Source: Beijerinckiaceae bacterium
GTDB taxonomy: Bacteria; Pseudomonadota; Alphaproteobacteria; Rhizobiales; Beijerinckiaceae
Direction: 5' to 3'
Length of the DNA stretch: 64,000 nucleotides
NCBI GenBank assembly: GCA_947478455.1
Contig: CANJWR010000001.1
Coordinates: 2,928-66,927, forward strand
Shown here: positions 50,732-62,638 of the stretch, piece by piece
Layout: every line of letters begins with the position of its first letter
Numbering within the stretch: position 1 is the stretch's first letter
Made by a program: the position numbers and the translations under genes
The notes under the pieces: model-generated
What the model was told of the DNA's origin: nothing
The model's database searches: none
The model's input: the letters and a program-made list of their open reading frames with translations, nothing else

Positions 50732-52000
50732 ATGCGGGAAATCAAGCTGCAAGAACTTAAGGCTAAGTCGCCGACAGAACTCCTAACTTTCGCAGAAGAA
50801 CACGAAGTCGAGAACGCTTCGATCATGCGGAAGCAGGAGTTGATGTTCGCGATTCTAAAACAACTCGCCAGCCGAGAGATTGAAATTGTTGGTGAGGGTG
50901 TGATTGAAGTTCTTCAGGACGGTTTCGGATTCCTACGTTCTTCTGATGCCAATTACCTTGCTGGTCCAGACGATATTTATGTGTCGCCCTCCCAAATTCG
51001 TCGGTTCGGTTTAAGGACTGGCGACACGGTTGAAGGTTTGATCCGTAGCCCGAAGGACGGCGAGCGTTATTTTGCGCTGCTCAAAGTCAATACGATCAAT
51101 TTTGAAGATCCTGAGAAAGTTCGGCACAAAGTTCATTTTGATAATTTGACGCCACTCTATCCAGACGAGCGTTTGAAACTTGAGATAGAAGATCCCACTC
51201 GAAAGGATTTTTCTTCTAGAGTGATCGATATTGTCGCTCCAATTGGCAAGGGCCAGCGCGCGCTTATAGTGGCGCCTCCTCGGACCGGTAAAACCGTATT
51301 GCTGCAAAACATCGCGCAATCGGTCACCGCAAACCATCCCGAGTGCTATCTGATCGTATTGTTGATCGATGAGCGGCCGGAAGAAGTTACAGATATGCAG
51401 CGGTCCGTGAAGGGTGAAGTCGTGTCATCGACATTCGATGAGCCGGCAGTTCGCCACGTTCAGGTGGCGGAAATGGTGATCGAGAAAGCAAAGCGGCTTG
51501 TTGAACACGGTCGCGATGTGGTGATTCTTCTCGATTCAATTACGCGGCTCGGTCGTGCTTATAATACGGTTGTTCCTTCGTCAGGTAAGGTGTTGACCGG
51601 TGGTGTGGACGCCAATGCGTTACAACGTCCCAAGCGATTCTTCGGCGCTGCACGTAACATTGAAGAAGGCGGATCTCTGACGATTATCGCGACGGCCTTG
51701 ATTGATACCGGGTCCCGTATGGACGAAGTTATCTTCGAGGAGTTCAAAGGTACCGGTAACTCGGAAATCATCCTGGATCGCAAAGTTGCCGATAAGCGTA
51801 CTTTCCCGGCAATAGATATCACCCGGTCTGGTACGCGTAAGGAAGAGCTCTTGGTGCCAACTGATATTCTCAAGAAAATGTATGTTCTGCGTCGTATTTT
51901 GAACCCAATGGGTACGGTAGATGCGATCGAGTTTCTTATGGGCAAACTGAGAGAGACCCCTAAGGGTAATGGAGCTTTCTTTGATTCGATGAATACGTAG
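50732..52000 (+). CDS. rho: Transcription termination factor Rho
   Basis: [18 protein letters not shown]..., an RNA-binding domain, a P-loop (PPRTGKT) and 422 aa from the ATG at 50732. Confidence 0.97.
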   Translation: MREIKLQELKAKSPTELLTFAEEHEVENASIMRKQELMFAILKQLASREIEIVGEGVIEVLQDGFGFLRSSDANYLAGPDDIYVSPSQIRRFGLRTGDTVEGLIRSPKDGERYFALLKVNTINFEDPEKVRHKVHFDNLTPLYPDERLKLEIEDPTRKDFSSRVIDIVAPIGKGQRALIVAPPRTGKTVLLQNIAQSVTANHPECYLIVLLIDERPEEVTDMQRSVKGEVVSSTFDEPAVRHVQVAEMVIEKAKRLVEHGRDVVILLDSITRLGRAYNTVVPSSGKVLTGGVDANALQRPKRFFGAARNIEEGGSLTIIATALIDTGSRMDEVIFEEFKGTGNSEIILDRKVADKRTFPAIDITRSGTRKEELLVPTDILKKMYVLRRILNPMGTVDAIEFLMGKLRETPKGNGAFFDSMNT

Positions 52001-52090
52001 TTGGAGCAATGCTACGCTAGCCGACGCATTGAGTCGGTGCAGATCTGAACTCTAAGAACTGGGCCTTCAAGCTGTAAAGAAAGTTTCGAT

Positions 52091-53416
52091 GTGGCCGATA
52101 CGATCTATGCCGTAGCTTCTGGAAGCGTTCCATCGGCTATCGCGGTCATTCGTATTTCTGGCCAACAGGCCGCCGAAATCGCCGTCGAAATGGTTGGGGC
52201 TTTGCCAAAGGAGAGGCAAAGCACACTTAGAACCATTGTTCATCCAGCGACGGGCAGAATCCTGGACAGAGGTATCGTTCTTTGGTTTCCGGGCCCCCAT
52301 AGTTATACCGGCGAGGACTATCTTGAGTTCCAGGTCCATGGTAGCCGCGCAGTTTTGGGTGCTATCTCTGGCGTGCTCTCGGAGCGTAGCAATGTTCGTT
52401 TGGCGGAGCCTGGCGAGTTTTCCATGCGCGCACTTCTAAACGGGAAGACTGACTTGGCCTCGCTGGAGGGTCTTGCTGATCTGATTCAATCTGAAACAGA
52501 GTTTCAAAGACAACAGAGCATTCGTGTTGCATCTGGATATCTAACCAACCTCGTGGAAGGATGGCGCCAAAGTTTGATTTCCGCTCTTGCGATCGTTGAA
52601 GCTTCGCTGGATTTTGTCGACGAACATGACGTACCGAAAGAAACTACCTCGATAGTATTTGGCTATGTGCAATCCCTAATTGCCCAGTTTAAAGCTGCTA
52701 TCGCGGATAGCCGCCGCGCAGAAATTATAAGGGACGGATTTATGGTGGCAATCGTCGGCCCACCAAACGTTGGTAAGTCTACGTTGTTGAACGCTATCGT
52801 CAGGCGGGATGCTGCGATCGTAACGGATATTCCTGGTACAACGCGAGATGCCATTGAAGTTCGAATTGCCCTCGGCGGGCACGAAATTCGTTTTGTTGAT
52901 ACGGCAGGGATTCGGGAGACCGATAATTTGGTTGAGGCTGAGGGTATCAAAAGAACGTTGCGAGCGCTAGATGAAGCCGATTTGGTACTGAGCCTGACTA
53001 ATCCGAGACTCGATTCATCTCCGATATATTTTTCCATCGATCTCAAGGAAAGAATTTTTGAAGTTGAAACGAAGGCCGATCTTGGAGCCTCCCCAGGGAA
53101 GGCTGCAGATTTTTCGATTTCTGCGTTGACAGGAAATGGCGTTTCCGAACTGCTTGATGGAGTTCTCGCGCGAGTAAGGGCTGCTACAGCCGGCGATGAG
53201 CTTCCATTGGTTACGCGGGTTCGTCATCGGCGGCAGATTGAAAGGGCGCTTGAGGACCTGGAATCGCTATCGAACCTGCCTAGCCTTTCCAACCAGCCTG
53301 AATTGATTTCGGAGTTTTTGAGATCGGCGATATTTTCTCTCGACACGTTGCTAGGGCGCGTTGATGTGGAAGATGTCTTGGGAGAGGTGTTTTCCCGATT
53401 TTGCATTGGAAAGTAG
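52091..53416 (+). CDS. mnmE: tRNA modification GTPase MnmE (TrmE)
   Basis: DTIYAVASG, the G domain (GPPNVGKSTLLN, DTAG) and the C-terminal FCIGK. The start codon is GTG. Confidence 0.95.
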   Translation: MADTIYAVASGSVPSAIAVIRISGQQAAEIAVEMVGALPKERQSTLRTIVHPATGRILDRGIVLWFPGPHSYTGEDYLEFQVHGSRAVLGAISGVLSERSNVRLAEPGEFSMRALLNGKTDLASLEGLADLIQSETEFQRQQSIRVASGYLTNLVEGWRQSLISALAIVEASLDFVDEHDVPKETTSIVFGYVQSLIAQFKAAIADSRRAEIIRDGFMVAIVGPPNVGKSTLLNAIVRRDAAIVTDIPGTTRDAIEVRIALGGHEIRFVDTAGIRETDNLVEAEGIKRTLRALDEADLVLSLTNPRLDSSPIYFSIDLKERIFEVETKADLGASPGKAADFSISALTGNGVSELLDGVLARVRAATAGDELPLVTRVRHRRQIERALEDLESLSNLPSLSNQPELISEFLRSAIFSLDTLLGRVDVEDVLGEVFSRFCIGK

Positions 53417-53421
53417 ACCAA

Positions 53422-53437
53422 TGTTTCACGTGAAACA
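53422..53437. promoter_or_regulatory. parS centromere site (perfect 16-bp palindrome)
   Basis: TGTTTCACGTGAAACA in the mnmE-mnmG spacer. It matches the canonical ParB-binding consensus exactly. Confidence 0.85.
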
Positions 53438-53448
53438 GAGCGCATACC

Positions 53449-55311
53449 ATGAACTATTTTGATGTGGTCGTAGTTGGAGGCGGGCACGCCGGTTGCGAGG
53501 CAGCAGCGGTCTCGGCCCGCATGGGAGCGCGCACCGCTCTTGTAACGCACAAGCGTTCCACTATCGGTGAAATGTCGTGTAACCCGGCTGTCGGTGGCTT
53601 GGGGAAGGGACACTTGGTCCGAGAGGTAGATGCTCTTGATGGTCTTATCGCCCGAACCGCGGACATGGCGGGGATCCATTTCAAGGTACTGAACCGTTCA
53701 AGAGGCCCGGCAGTCCGTGGACATCGAGCGCAGGCAGATCGAAACCTATTCCGTATAGCGATGCAGCGTGCGTTGAATGAGACGCGTGGATTGTCAATCA
53801 TCGAAGGCGAAGCAGCGGATATTCTGATTGGAAATTCCGGTGTCAAAGGTCTTGTACTAGCAAACGGCGATGAAATTGGGTCAGAAGCTGTCGTTATTAC
53901 AACTGGTACCTTTCTGGGTGGCATTGTTCACTTAGGCGATCTGCGCTGGAGCGCTGGGCGCATAGGGGAGGCTGCCTCGTTGCAAATGGCCGCACGATTA
54001 AAGTCATTAGGTCTTTCGATATCGCGAATGAAGACTGGTACGCCACCTCGGTTGAACGGTAAGACAATTGATTCGCATCTGGAACGTCAAAAGGGAGATT
54101 CTCCTCCAGAGCCGCTTTCGTTCATGACCGGCGCAATCGAGCGCGATCAGGTTGAATGCCAGATCACGCGAACAACTATTCAGACGCATGAGATCATAAG
54201 AGAAAACATTATGCGCTCAGCTGTATTCTCTGGCGCAATCGAGGGGCGCGGGCCGAGATACTGTCCATCGATCGAGGATAAGGTCAGTCGATTCGGTGAC
54301 CGGGAAGGCCATCAGATCTTTCTGGAGCCGGAGGGATTGGATACCGATCTGATTTATCCGAATGGAATTTCCACTTCGTTGCCGGCTAGTGTGCAAGAGT
54401 CGTTTTTGCGCACTATACCCGGCTTGAAGAACGTTGAGATGGTTCAGCCTGGTTACGCTATCGAGTATGATCATATTGATCCCCGAGAACTCGACCGCAG
54501 CCTCGAAGTGAAGAAGTTGCGCGGACTGTTTCTTGCGGGACAAATTACTGGAACAACAGGCTACGAGGAGGCGGCTGGACAGGGCATAGTTGCAGGAATT
54601 AATGCTGCTCGTAGCGCGACAGGGGCGGGTAAGCTTATTTTTGGACGGGATGAAAGCTATATTGGTGTGATGATTGATGATTTGACCACGAAGGGCGTTT
54701 CTGAACCCTACCGAATGTTTACGTCGCGGGCGGAGTTTAGGCTTTCGCTTCGGGCTGACAACGCAGATCAGAGGCTAACACCGCTCGGCGTTCAAATTGG
54801 CGCCGTTCATTCTCGTCGTCAGCAACAATTTGAATCGAAGTTGTCACGGCTGGACGGCGGCCGCGGTCTTTTGGAATCCTTGGTTCTTTCACCCTCAATG
54901 GCAAATGCCGCCGGGTTGAAGGTTAGGTTAGACGGAGTGCGTCGCTCTGCTTTCGAGCTGCTTTCTTATCCTGAAGTCACGTTTGCCGACCTTCAGCGTA
55001 TTTGGTCCGTGTTGGGAAGTGTTGATCAGAAGGTGTCAACGCAGCTTGAGAATGAGGCGCACTATAAGGTCTATTTGTCCAAGCAAGTTTCTGATCTTGC
55101 TACACTTCAGCGAGATGAAGGGATTTCATTGGCTGGCTTAGATTTTTCGTCTCTCCCTGGGCTCTCCAATGAGATCCGAGGACGTCTATCGAGTATTCGG
55201 CCTACTTCGCTTGGACAGGCATCAAGGATAGAAGGCATTACGAGTCCTGCGCTTTCGTTATTGCTGGCACATGCGAGGAGATTCGAGTCTTTGACGAAAC
55301 GGTCGAGATGA
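53449..55311 (+). CDS. mnmG: tRNA uridine 5-carboxymethylaminomethyl modification enzyme MnmG (GidA)
   Basis: [36 protein letters not shown]; 620 aa. Confidence 0.97.
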   Translation: MNYFDVVVVGGGHAGCEAAAVSARMGARTALVTHKRSTIGEMSCNPAVGGLGKGHLVREVDALDGLIARTADMAGIHFKVLNRSRGPAVRGHRAQADRNLFRIAMQRALNETRGLSIIEGEAADILIGNSGVKGLVLANGDEIGSEAVVITTGTFLGGIVHLGDLRWSAGRIGEAASLQMAARLKSLGLSISRMKTGTPPRLNGKTIDSHLERQKGDSPPEPLSFMTGAIERDQVECQITRTTIQTHEIIRENIMRSAVFSGAIEGRGPRYCPSIEDKVSRFGDREGHQIFLEPEGLDTDLIYPNGISTSLPASVQESFLRTIPGLKNVEMVQPGYAIEYDHIDPRELDRSLEVKKLRGLFLAGQITGTTGYEEAAGQGIVAGINAARSATGAGKLIFGRDESYIGVMIDDLTTKGVSEPYRMFTSRAEFRLSLRADNADQRLTPLGVQIGAVHSRRQQQFESKLSRLDGGRGLLESLVLSPSMANAAGLKVRLDGVRRSAFELLSYPEVTFADLQRIWSVLGSVDQKVSTQLENEAHYKVYLSKQVSDLATLQRDEGISLAGLDFSSLPGLSNEIRGRLSSIRPTSLGQASRIEGITSPALSLLLAHARRFESLTKRSR

Positions 55312-55928
55312 TGTTGCCGAATTTGATGCCGCATATCGATGTTTCACGTGAAACAATCCAGCTCCTAGAGGTCTATGAATCGCTTTTGCGCTCGTGGCAA
55401 GGAGTTAAGAATCTTGTCGGACCGTCAACTGTTAACGAACTTTGGGGCAGACACTTCGCAGATTCTGCCCAGCTACTTCGTCTATGTCCGAACGCGAAGC
55501 GATGGGTAGATCTTGGCTCTGGCGCTGGCTTTCCGGGCCTTGTGATCGCGATTTTTTTGAAGAAGACGCTAGGTGCTCACATAGATCTCATTGAAAGCGA
55601 TCACCGGAAGTGCGCATTTCTCCGAACGGTAGCGCGCGAGACCGGCGCCCCTGCGTCGGTTCACTGTGGAAGAATTGAAGACATTCTGCCAAACTTTAAA
55701 AATGTAGATGTACTTACGGCCCGAGCACTCGCGGACATGGAGAAATTGTTGGCTTGGACTGGAGATCTAATCCAGAACGGCGCCACTGGGCTCTTTCTCA
55801 AGGGACAAGATGTAGCGAACGAATTGACGATTTTTTCCAAATATAGTAGTTTGACCCATAAGCTAGTACCTAGTTTGACCGATCCGCGAGCTTCTATTGT
55901 GAAAGTTTCGTCGGACGTTACAAACTAG
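55308..55928 (+). CDS. rsmG: 16S rRNA (guanine527-N7)-methyltransferase RsmG (GidB)
   Basis: [18 protein letters not shown] motif. It overlaps the mnmG stop. Confidence 0.92.
   Translation: MMLPNLMPHIDVSRETIQLLEVYESLLRSWQGVKNLVGPSTVNELWGRHFADSAQLLRLCPNAKRWVDLGSGAGFPGLVIAIFLKKTLGAHIDLIESDHRKCAFLRTVARETGAPASVHCGRIEDILPNFKNVDVLTARALADMEKLLAWTGDLIQNGATGLFLKGQDVANELTIFSKYSSLTHKLVPSLTDPRASIVKVSSDVTN
55340..55355. promoter_or_regulatory. parS centromere site (perfect 16-bp palindrome) inside the 5-prime end of rsmG
   Basis: TGTTTCACGTGAAACA, encoding the DVSRETI segment of RsmG. Confidence 0.85.
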
Positions 55929-55949
55929 GATGAAAGTCTGGATCAACCT

Positions 55950-56756
55950 ATGCCGATGAATCGCCTCCGGACGCTTGTGGTCGCCAATCAGAAAGGCGGT
56001 GTGGGTAAGACAACCACTACGATCAATCTTGGAACAGCGTTGGCTGCGATTGGCGAAAAAGTTCTCATTGTTGATCTTGACCCCCAGGGAAATGCGTCTA
56101 CCGGATTGGGGATTGATCGAAAAAGCCGCAAGTTTTCAACTTATGACGTCATGATCGGTGAGCGCAGTCTTGCTGACGTCGCCCTTGAAACCGTTGTTCC
56201 GAGCCTGTGGGTTGCTCCGTCGACTTTGGACTTGCTGGGTGTCGAGTTGGAGATTGCGGCCGATAAGGATCGCGCCTTTAAGTTGAAGACAGCTATTGAG
56301 AATCTTATCTCACATAATGACCAGGATCCTTACACCTACGTTTTGATCGACTGTCCGCCTTCACTTAACCTCCTCACAATCAATGCGCTAGCTTCTGCTG
56401 ACAGCGTCCTTGTGCCGCTTCAGTGTGAGTTTTTTGCGTTGGAGGGCCTTTCTCAACTCTTGTCCACGGTGGATCAGGTCAAGCGGTCTCTTAATCCTGC
56501 TTTGACGGTCCACGGCATTGTTCTCACAATGTTTGATCCCCGAAATAACCTTGCCACGCAAGTAGTGGCGGATGTGCGGAAGTTTATGGGCGATAAGGTC
56601 TATGATACGATCATCCCTAGGAACGTCAGGATTTCGGAAGCGCCCTCCCACGGAAAGCCGGCTCTTCTGTATGATCTTAAATGTGCCGGTAGTCAGGCAT
56701 ACCTGAAACTTGCTTCAGAGTTGATCCAACGCGAGCGTCATCTGCGAGCTGCCTGA
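55950..56756 (+). CDS. parA: Chromosome partitioning ATPase ParA
   Basis: Deviant Walker A (VANQKGGVGKTTT); 268 aa. Confidence 0.95.
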   Translation: MPMNRLRTLVVANQKGGVGKTTTTINLGTALAAIGEKVLIVDLDPQGNASTGLGIDRKSRKFSTYDVMIGERSLADVALETVVPSLWVAPSTLDLLGVELEIAADKDRAFKLKTAIENLISHNDQDPYTYVLIDCPPSLNLLTINALASADSVLVPLQCEFFALEGLSQLLSTVDQVKRSLNPALTVHGIVLTMFDPRNNLATQVVADVRKFMGDKVYDTIIPRNVRISEAPSHGKPALLYDLKCAGSQAYLKLASELIQRERHLRAA

Positions 56757-56778
56757 CATCGATCTGTTTGAGGAAATC

Positions 56779-57648
56779 ATGGCTGAAGAAAATCGCCCCC
56801 GTCTTGGAAGAGGCTTGGCTGCTCTCATCGGAGACTCGAATGATGAATTGGCTCGAGGGCCAGTTGATCGAACGCGATTGATTCCGGTAGAGTTCATTCG
56901 TCCGAACCCGCGTAATCCCCGCCGCCAGTTTGATGACGACGGAATCGCCGAGCTCGCTGATTCAATTAAAGAAAAAGGCATTATTCAGCCAATTCTTGTC
57001 CGTCCTTTGAAGGACATCGCAGACATCTACGAAATTATTGCCGGAGAGCGGCGCTGGAGAGCAGCACAGCGCGCAGGCTTGCATCAGGTGCCTGTCCGCA
57101 TTATCGAGGCTTCGGATCGCGATGCTCTTGAGTTGGCTATTGTCGAAAATGTTCAGCGCTCAGATTTGAACGCGATCGAGGAAGCGCTCGGCTACGAACG
57201 ACTCGGGACAGAATTCGCATATTCGCAAGCTGACATTGGCAGAATTACCGGGAAGAGCCGTAGCCACATCGCTAATACGCTTCGGCTGCTGAAATTGCCG
57301 GAATCTACACGTAAGCAGGTTATTGAAGGTCAGTTGACAGCTGGTCATGCGAGGGCGCTTCTGACGGTCGAGGATCCGGCATCGGTCGCGCGACAAGTGA
57401 TCGAGCAAGGTTTGACAGTGCGGGACATCGAACATCTTGGGCAGGAGAGGTCACACGAAAAAAAAACCTCAGCCGAGAGGCGATCGCAAGTTGAAAAAGA
57501 TCCGGACACGCGGGCCCTCGAAAATGCTCTGTCTGAATTATTGGGCTTGATGGTAATGATCCGCCATCGGGGCGACAGTGGAGCTGTTACGATCAAATAC
57601 AAGACGCTCGACCAACTCGATTCCCTGTGCAACAAGCTGAAACATTAG
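56779..57648 (+). CDS. parB: Chromosome partitioning protein ParB
   Basis: LGRGLAALI, the ParB box (IIAGERRWRAA) and an HTH region. Confidence 0.95.
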   Translation: MAEENRPRLGRGLAALIGDSNDELARGPVDRTRLIPVEFIRPNPRNPRRQFDDDGIAELADSIKEKGIIQPILVRPLKDIADIYEIIAGERRWRAAQRAGLHQVPVRIIEASDRDALELAIVENVQRSDLNAIEEALGYERLGTEFAYSQADIGRITGKSRSHIANTLRLLKLPESTRKQVIEGQLTAGHARALLTVEDPASVARQVIEQGLTVRDIEHLGQERSHEKKTSAERRSQVEKDPDTRALENALSELLGLMVMIRHRGDSGAVTIKYKTLDQLDSLCNKLKH

Positions 57649-57660
57649 AAAGTGTAAAAA

Positions 57661-58692
57661 CTATCCCTTGGATTTCGCTCCCTGTGAGACAGACCACATA
57701 GCCCGAATTGCTATCAGCTGATCGATTCGGGACTCACGGCGACATCTTCGTATTGCTTCACCCAAACCATCGATAATCTTGAGCAGCCTAGCGTGTGTCC
57801 AGAGACCGATCTGATCAGAAACCGACTTTCGCATGGCGGACCCACGATTGCCTCGCACGAGTTGTGCTGTTGCGGAATCAAATGTAGCGCCTGAATCCAA
57901 AGCAATTCGTGCGCGGTGCAAAGTAATTGCATGACGGAACGCAAAGCCGAGCAATACGCCAGGATCGTTGCCCATCTCGAAGGCGCGAATTGTTGTTTCT
58001 GTAACGGAAACTCTATCTCCTAAAAATGCAGATGAAATTGCGGCGTCGATTGCGAGCGACGACGCGTCCGCGACGATCTCGTCGATATGCCGGAATTCTA
58101 TACGGCCGTTGTCGTGGGCATAGAGAATCAGCTTTTCTATCTCAGAGCGCGTAGCCGCCCTGTCTGACCCCAGATGCGACACAAGCTCAGCAGCAACGTC
58201 GTCTGCAATTGTGAGTCCAGCAAGAATGACTTCCGACTTAACAAGCCTTTGTAAATCTGAGACAGAATCAGGGTAACACTCGATTGAAGCGGCTACGCGG
58301 CTACGCTCGAAACTCGAACGTAAAGGGCTGTCTTTTCGCAAAGATCCAGCCTCAACGATGAGAATGCAGTCGACCGGAGGGTCCGCAAGTATTTTCTCGA
58401 CGCTGGGAAAGAAATTTTTCGATCCTGCCTCAATTAAAACAGCACGCTTGCCACCAAATAGCCCGGCTGAATAAACCTCATCCGCCAAAAGGGACTGATC
58501 ACTCGCCAAATCGTCGCCCGAAAGCCGGACACTATTGAAAGCCTCATCACCTGATCGAGAGAATCGTTTGAAAAGGCCCGTCGCCCGCTCGTGGATCAGC
58601 CCCGTGTCGGTGCCGTAGACAAGATAGCCGAAGATATGATTCGGTGGCGTTTCGAGAAAACGATCCGCTTCACTATTCTTGATCGCAACCAC
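57661..58692 (-). CDS. holA: DNA polymerase III delta subunit
   Basis: 343 aa with a HolA-like N-terminus (FLVYGTDTGLIHERA...). It lies in the conserved position between lptE and parB. Confidence 0.8.
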   Translation of the reverse strand: MVAIKNSEADRFLETPPNHIFGYLVYGTDTGLIHERATGLFKRFSRSGDEAFNSVRLSGDDLASDQSLLADEVYSAGLFGGKRAVLIEAGSKNFFPSVEKILADPPVDCILIVEAGSLRKDSPLRSSFERSRVAASIECYPDSVSDLQRLVKSEVILAGLTIADDVAAELVSHLGSDRAATRSEIEKLILYAHDNGRIEFRHIDEIVADASSLAIDAAISSAFLGDRVSVTETTIRAFEMGNDPGVLLGFAFRHAITLHRARIALDSGATFDSATAQLVRGNRGSAMRKSVSDQIGLWTHARLLKIIDGLGEAIRRCRRESRIDQLIAIRAMWSVSQGAKSKG

Positions 58693-58698
58693 GAATTT

Positions 58699-59247
58699 CT
58701 ACCGTGCCGAACTTAATGACGCAGCAAGTCTGGTTTGAATCTGATCGGCTAGAGCTTTTGCGTCGCGAATCTCCGCGTCGCGCGCCGCCCGAATATTAGC
58801 AAAGCGCTGATTAGTACGATCATAACTCGCAGCGCTAAAGGCCACGCCCTGAGCGATTGGCGCTCCCCCAGAAACAGAAACCAGGCGGTATTCGGCGTCA
58901 ACCACGATGGTTCCGGCAGTAGCCCTACCGCTAATGGTGTCAATAACCGGAGACTGAACCCGCTCCCGCGGAGAAATAAACAACCTATACCTTGGCACTA
59001 CCGACGATCCGTTGCCGTTCAGCGAAAATCTGAGCTCATTTGCAAGATAGTGCCCCAACCTCTCGGGAATCGGTTCAATCGCAATGGCGGCCATCTGATT
59101 GCGAAGCTCGGCTCCTTCGACGCCACCATAAAGTGGTTGCAGACAGCCGGCGAGAGAAGCTCCGAGCGCGATGACACCCACAAGATTGGCCGTCTGCGAT
59201 GCAATTCCTCTAAATGACGACATTGACGATCCTTTTGGGTACGACAA
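58699..59247 (-). CDS. lptE: LPS-assembly lipoprotein LptE
   Basis: Lipobox (SLAGC) and the conserved position downstream of leuS. The start is uncertain (59247 or 59223), and either one overlaps the leuS 3-prime end. Confidence 0.72.
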   Translation of the reverse strand: MSYPKGSSMSSFRGIASQTANLVGVIALGASLAGCLQPLYGGVEGAELRNQMAAIAIEPIPERLGHYLANELRFSLNGNGSSVVPRYRLFISPRERVQSPVIDTISGRATAGTIVVDAEYRLVSVSGGAPIAQGVAFSAASYDRTNQRFANIRAARDAEIRDAKALADQIQTRLAASLSSAR

Positions 59248-61840
59248 TGAACTTCTTTACAGACTGTCCAGAGAGCGCTCGCTGAATTGCTTCAAGTTTT
59301 AAAGTCTCTCTCTCGATCGACGCATTATCAGCGTCGGCCTCGATCGTCAGTTCGCCACGCTTCTTCCCGTTAATCTGAATCGGAAGCGTAATCATGTCAT
59401 TGATCGTCAAATCAGGATTCAACGTCGGCCAGGATGATTCAGAAACCGGAGACGTATGCCCCAGCACCGACCAACATTCTTCGGCTAAGTGGGGCATCAT
59501 CGGCGCAAACATCCTGACCAAGACGTCCGCCGCCTCGCGATATGCTGCCTTGACGGCGGCATCAGTCACCTCGGTCTCAATGCCGGCAATCGACGAGATC
59601 AGCGTGTTGGAGAGCTTTCGAATCTCTGCGATTGCCGTGTTGAACCGAAGTCGGCCTATGCTCTCCTCGACCCGCGCGAGATGCGTATGGGTAGCTTTCC
59701 TGACAGCATTCGCCTGAACATTCATTGCCGTCAGAACTGATGTTCCTACTGGCGCGGCGAATTCGGAAAGGTCATTTACCAGGCGCCACAATTGTTGCAC
59801 GTACCGAGCTGAACCTTGAACGCCTTCTTCCGTCCACGCAACGTCACGCTCGGGCGGAGAATCCGAGAGCATGAACCAGCGCGCCGTATCGGCGCCAAAT
59901 GTTCCAATTATGTCGTCTGGATCAACTGTATTGCGCTTAGATTTAGACATCTTCTCGGAAGAACCAATGGTGACCTCTTCGCCAGTCTCCAGCGAATAAG
60001 CGTGTCTGCCAGACGAGTCGGTAACGAATTTGATTTCGTTTGGCGTGAACCAGCCGCCATCGCGGCCACGATACGTCTCGTGTACCACCATACCTTGCGT
60101 AAACAATCCCCGAAACGGTTCACTGATATCGCAGTGCCCTGTCCGCTTCATGGCTCGGGTAAAGAAACGCGAATAGAGCAGGTGCAAAATCGCGTGTTCA
60201 ATTCCGCCGATATATTGATCGACGGGAAGCCAGTGGTTTGCCGCCAACTGATTGGTCGGTTGCTCCGCGATCCAGGGATCTGTAAAGCGCGCGAAATACC
60301 AAGATGAATCGACGAAAGTATCCATCGTGTCAGTTTCGCGCCGAGCGGCAGCCCCGCAGGAAGGACACGATACAGACTTCCATGTTGGGTGGCGTTCGAG
60401 CGCATTTCCGGGTTGATCAAAGGTGACGTCGTCGGGCAATTGAACCGGCAGATCACCGACCGGGACAGGGACTACTCCACAGGCATCACAGTGGATAACT
60501 GGAATTGGACAACCCCAATACCGCTGCCGTGAAATACCCCAGTCTCGCAGTTTGAAATTAATCTGCCGCTTTGCCTGAGACCGATTGCCAAGGACCACGG
60601 TCTCAAGCCGTCTGGCGACCTCTTCCTTTGCATCCGGAATGCTCATTCCATCCAGGAAACGAGAATTGATCAACCGGCCTTCACCATCGAAGGCGACGTC
60701 GGTAACCTTGAAATCGTCCGGTCTGATATCTGGTGGACAAACAACCGGCGTATTTCCCAAACCATATTTGTTGACGAAATCTAGATCGCGTTGATCGTGG
60801 GCAGGGCAGCCAAAAATTGCGCCGGTGCCATAATCCATCAAAACAAAATTCGCGACGTAGACTGGTAACTGCCAATTTGAATCGAAAGGATGCTGAACGC
60901 GAATGCCGGTGTCGTACCCGATTTTTTCGGCGGTCTCAATCGCAGCGACGGATGTGCCGCCCTTCCGGCATTCCTCAATGAAAGCCTTCAATTCGGAATT
61001 TTCGGCTGCGGCCGCGCTGGCGATCGGATGATCGGGCGCAATTGCCATAAACTTCGCGCCGAATAGCGTGTCCGGGCGCGTCGTGAATATCTCGAGTTCG
61101 GTGATTCCTGATGGAGCAGTGGATCCGTCAACTTCGAAACGGATCATGAGGCCTTCCGAACGACCGATCCAGTTGCGTTGCATGAGCCGGACTTTTTCCG
61201 GCCAACGATCAAGCCCGTCTAGTCCGTCGAGGAGTTCCTGCGAATAGTCGGAAATCTTCAGAAACCATTGCGTCAATTCACGCTGCTCGACAATCGCACC
61301 AGATCGCCAGCCACGTCCGTCGATCACTTGTTCGTTGGCCAGAACCGTGTGGTCGTCGGGATCCCAGTTGACTTTTGACCTCTTCCGATCGACCAATCCG
61401 GCCGCAAGAAAGTCTAGAAACATCTTTTGCTGATGGCGATAATACGATGGATCGCATGTGGCTATCTCGCGCGACCAATCCAGCGACAGGCCCATAGACT
61501 TCAATTGGCCACGCATCGTCGCAATGTTGGCGTAGGTCCAACGTGCCGGATGCGACTTGTTCTGCATCGCGGCGTTTTCCGCCGGCATTCCGAATGCGTC
61601 CCACCCCATTGGATGAAGTACGTTGAAGCCTCGAGCGCGCTTGTAGCGAGCGACTACATCCCCCATTGCGTAGTTGCGAACGTGCCCCATGTGGATGCGC
61701 CCAGATGGATAGGGGAACATCTCCAATACATAGTATTTCGGACGCGTGTCGTCGTTGCTGGTCTGGAACGTCTTTCGCGTTTCCCAGACATTCTGCCATT
61801 TTGCTTCTGATTCGCGTGGATTATACCGTTCAGCCGTCAT
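59210..61840 (-). CDS. leuS: Leucine--tRNA ligase
   Basis: [16 protein letters not shown], the HIGH region ([12 protein letters not shown]) and KMSKS. It is 876 aa from the ATG at 61840. The ORF-track start at 62098 is an over-extension. Confidence 0.96.
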   Translation of the reverse strand: MTAERYNPRESEAKWQNVWETRKTFQTSNDDTRPKYYVLEMFPYPSGRIHMGHVRNYAMGDVVARYKRARGFNVLHPMGWDAFGMPAENAAMQNKSHPARWTYANIATMRGQLKSMGLSLDWSREIATCDPSYYRHQQKMFLDFLAAGLVDRKRSKVNWDPDDHTVLANEQVIDGRGWRSGAIVEQRELTQWFLKISDYSQELLDGLDGLDRWPEKVRLMQRNWIGRSEGLMIRFEVDGSTAPSGITELEIFTTRPDTLFGAKFMAIAPDHPIASAAAAENSELKAFIEECRKGGTSVAAIETAEKIGYDTGIRVQHPFDSNWQLPVYVANFVLMDYGTGAIFGCPAHDQRDLDFVNKYGLGNTPVVCPPDIRPDDFKVTDVAFDGEGRLINSRFLDGMSIPDAKEEVARRLETVVLGNRSQAKRQINFKLRDWGISRQRYWGCPIPVIHCDACGVVPVPVGDLPVQLPDDVTFDQPGNALERHPTWKSVSCPSCGAAARRETDTMDTFVDSSWYFARFTDPWIAEQPTNQLAANHWLPVDQYIGGIEHAILHLLYSRFFTRAMKRTGHCDISEPFRGLFTQGMVVHETYRGRDGGWFTPNEIKFVTDSSGRHAYSLETGEEVTIGSSEKMSKSKRNTVDPDDIIGTFGADTARWFMLSDSPPERDVAWTEEGVQGSARYVQQLWRLVNDLSEFAAPVGTSVLTAMNVQANAVRKATHTHLARVEESIGRLRFNTAIAEIRKLSNTLISSIAGIETEVTDAAVKAAYREAADVLVRMFAPMMPHLAEECWSVLGHTSPVSESSWPTLNPDLTINDMITLPIQINGKKRGELTIEADADNASIERETLKLEAIQRALSGQSVKKFIVVPKRIVNVVI

Positions 61841-61961
61841 GACTTTCCGTTCGGCCCGATCAATCGTAGGTTGCCAAGGATGAGTGCAACTGAGCATTTT
61901 TTTGCCTTCCGGGTCAACGATTTTGACCATCACGGACAGCATCCAGGAGTTCCAATCCGCA

Positions 61962-62636
61962 ATGGTGAATGCAAGCACAGTCCCTGATCGACTTGCGACC
62001 GCCAGGGAAGAGATCACTCGCATCGAACGCCGATCCGGCCGAGTTCCCGAATCGGTCAAACTTCTTTGTGTTTCGAAAACACAGCCTGTCGATGTCATCG
62101 AAGAGGCGCTGATGTCAGGGCATCGACTCTTTGGCGAGAATCGCGTTCAGGAGGCCCAAAGGAAGTGGCCTTTGCTGAAGGAGAAATATCCCGCGGTCGA
62201 ACTACACCTGATCGGACCGCTTCAATCGAACAAGGCGCGGGAAGCAATCGAATTGTTTGATGTGATCGAGACTGTTGATCGTCCCCGCATAGCCGAGGCG
62301 CTGGCGCGCGAAGTTCAGCGTCTTGGCAAAACCCCAAAATTCTTCGTTGAGGTCAATACAGGTAACGAACCGCAGAAGGCCGGCATTCTGCCACACGAAG
62401 CAGATCGCTTCCTGGAGACGTGCAGCAAAGTCTATGGGCTCGTAATCTGCGGCCTTATGTGCATTCCGCCTGCCGGCGAACAGGCTTCTCCCCATTTTGC
62501 TCTTCTGGCCCAACTGGCAAAGCGGAATGGTCTTCCCGAACTGTCGATGGGAATGAGCGCCGATTACCACTTAGCTATTCAGCTCGGCGCAACCTATGTG
62601 CGGCTTGGGACAGCAATCTTTGGCGGGCGGGTCTAA
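61962..62636 (+). CDS. yggS: YggS-family pyridoxal-phosphate homeostasis protein
   Basis: LLCVSKTQP (PLP lysine), FGENRVQE and LSMGMSADY. The start is chosen at the ATG at 61962. Confidence 0.88.
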   Translation: MVNASTVPDRLATAREEITRIERRSGRVPESVKLLCVSKTQPVDVIEEALMSGHRLFGENRVQEAQRKWPLLKEKYPAVELHLIGPLQSNKAREAIELFDVIETVDRPRIAEALAREVQRLGKTPKFFVEVNTGNEPQKAGILPHEADRFLETCSKVYGLVICGLMCIPPAGEQASPHFALLAQLAKRNGLPELSMGMSADYHLAIQLGATYVRLGTAIFGGRV

Positions 62637-62638
62637 AT

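Noticed and set aside
59210-62098. N-terminal extensions in the ORF track for leuS (962 aa), miaB (513 aa), regB (488 aa), btuB (707 aa), hemE (389 aa), rho (438 aa), cysK (335 aa) and others as possible novel domains
   Set aside because: In each case an internal start codon with a Shine-Dalgarno sequence gives the canonical family N-terminus and length. The upstream extension is non-homologous and often overlaps regulatory DNA or a neighbouring gene.
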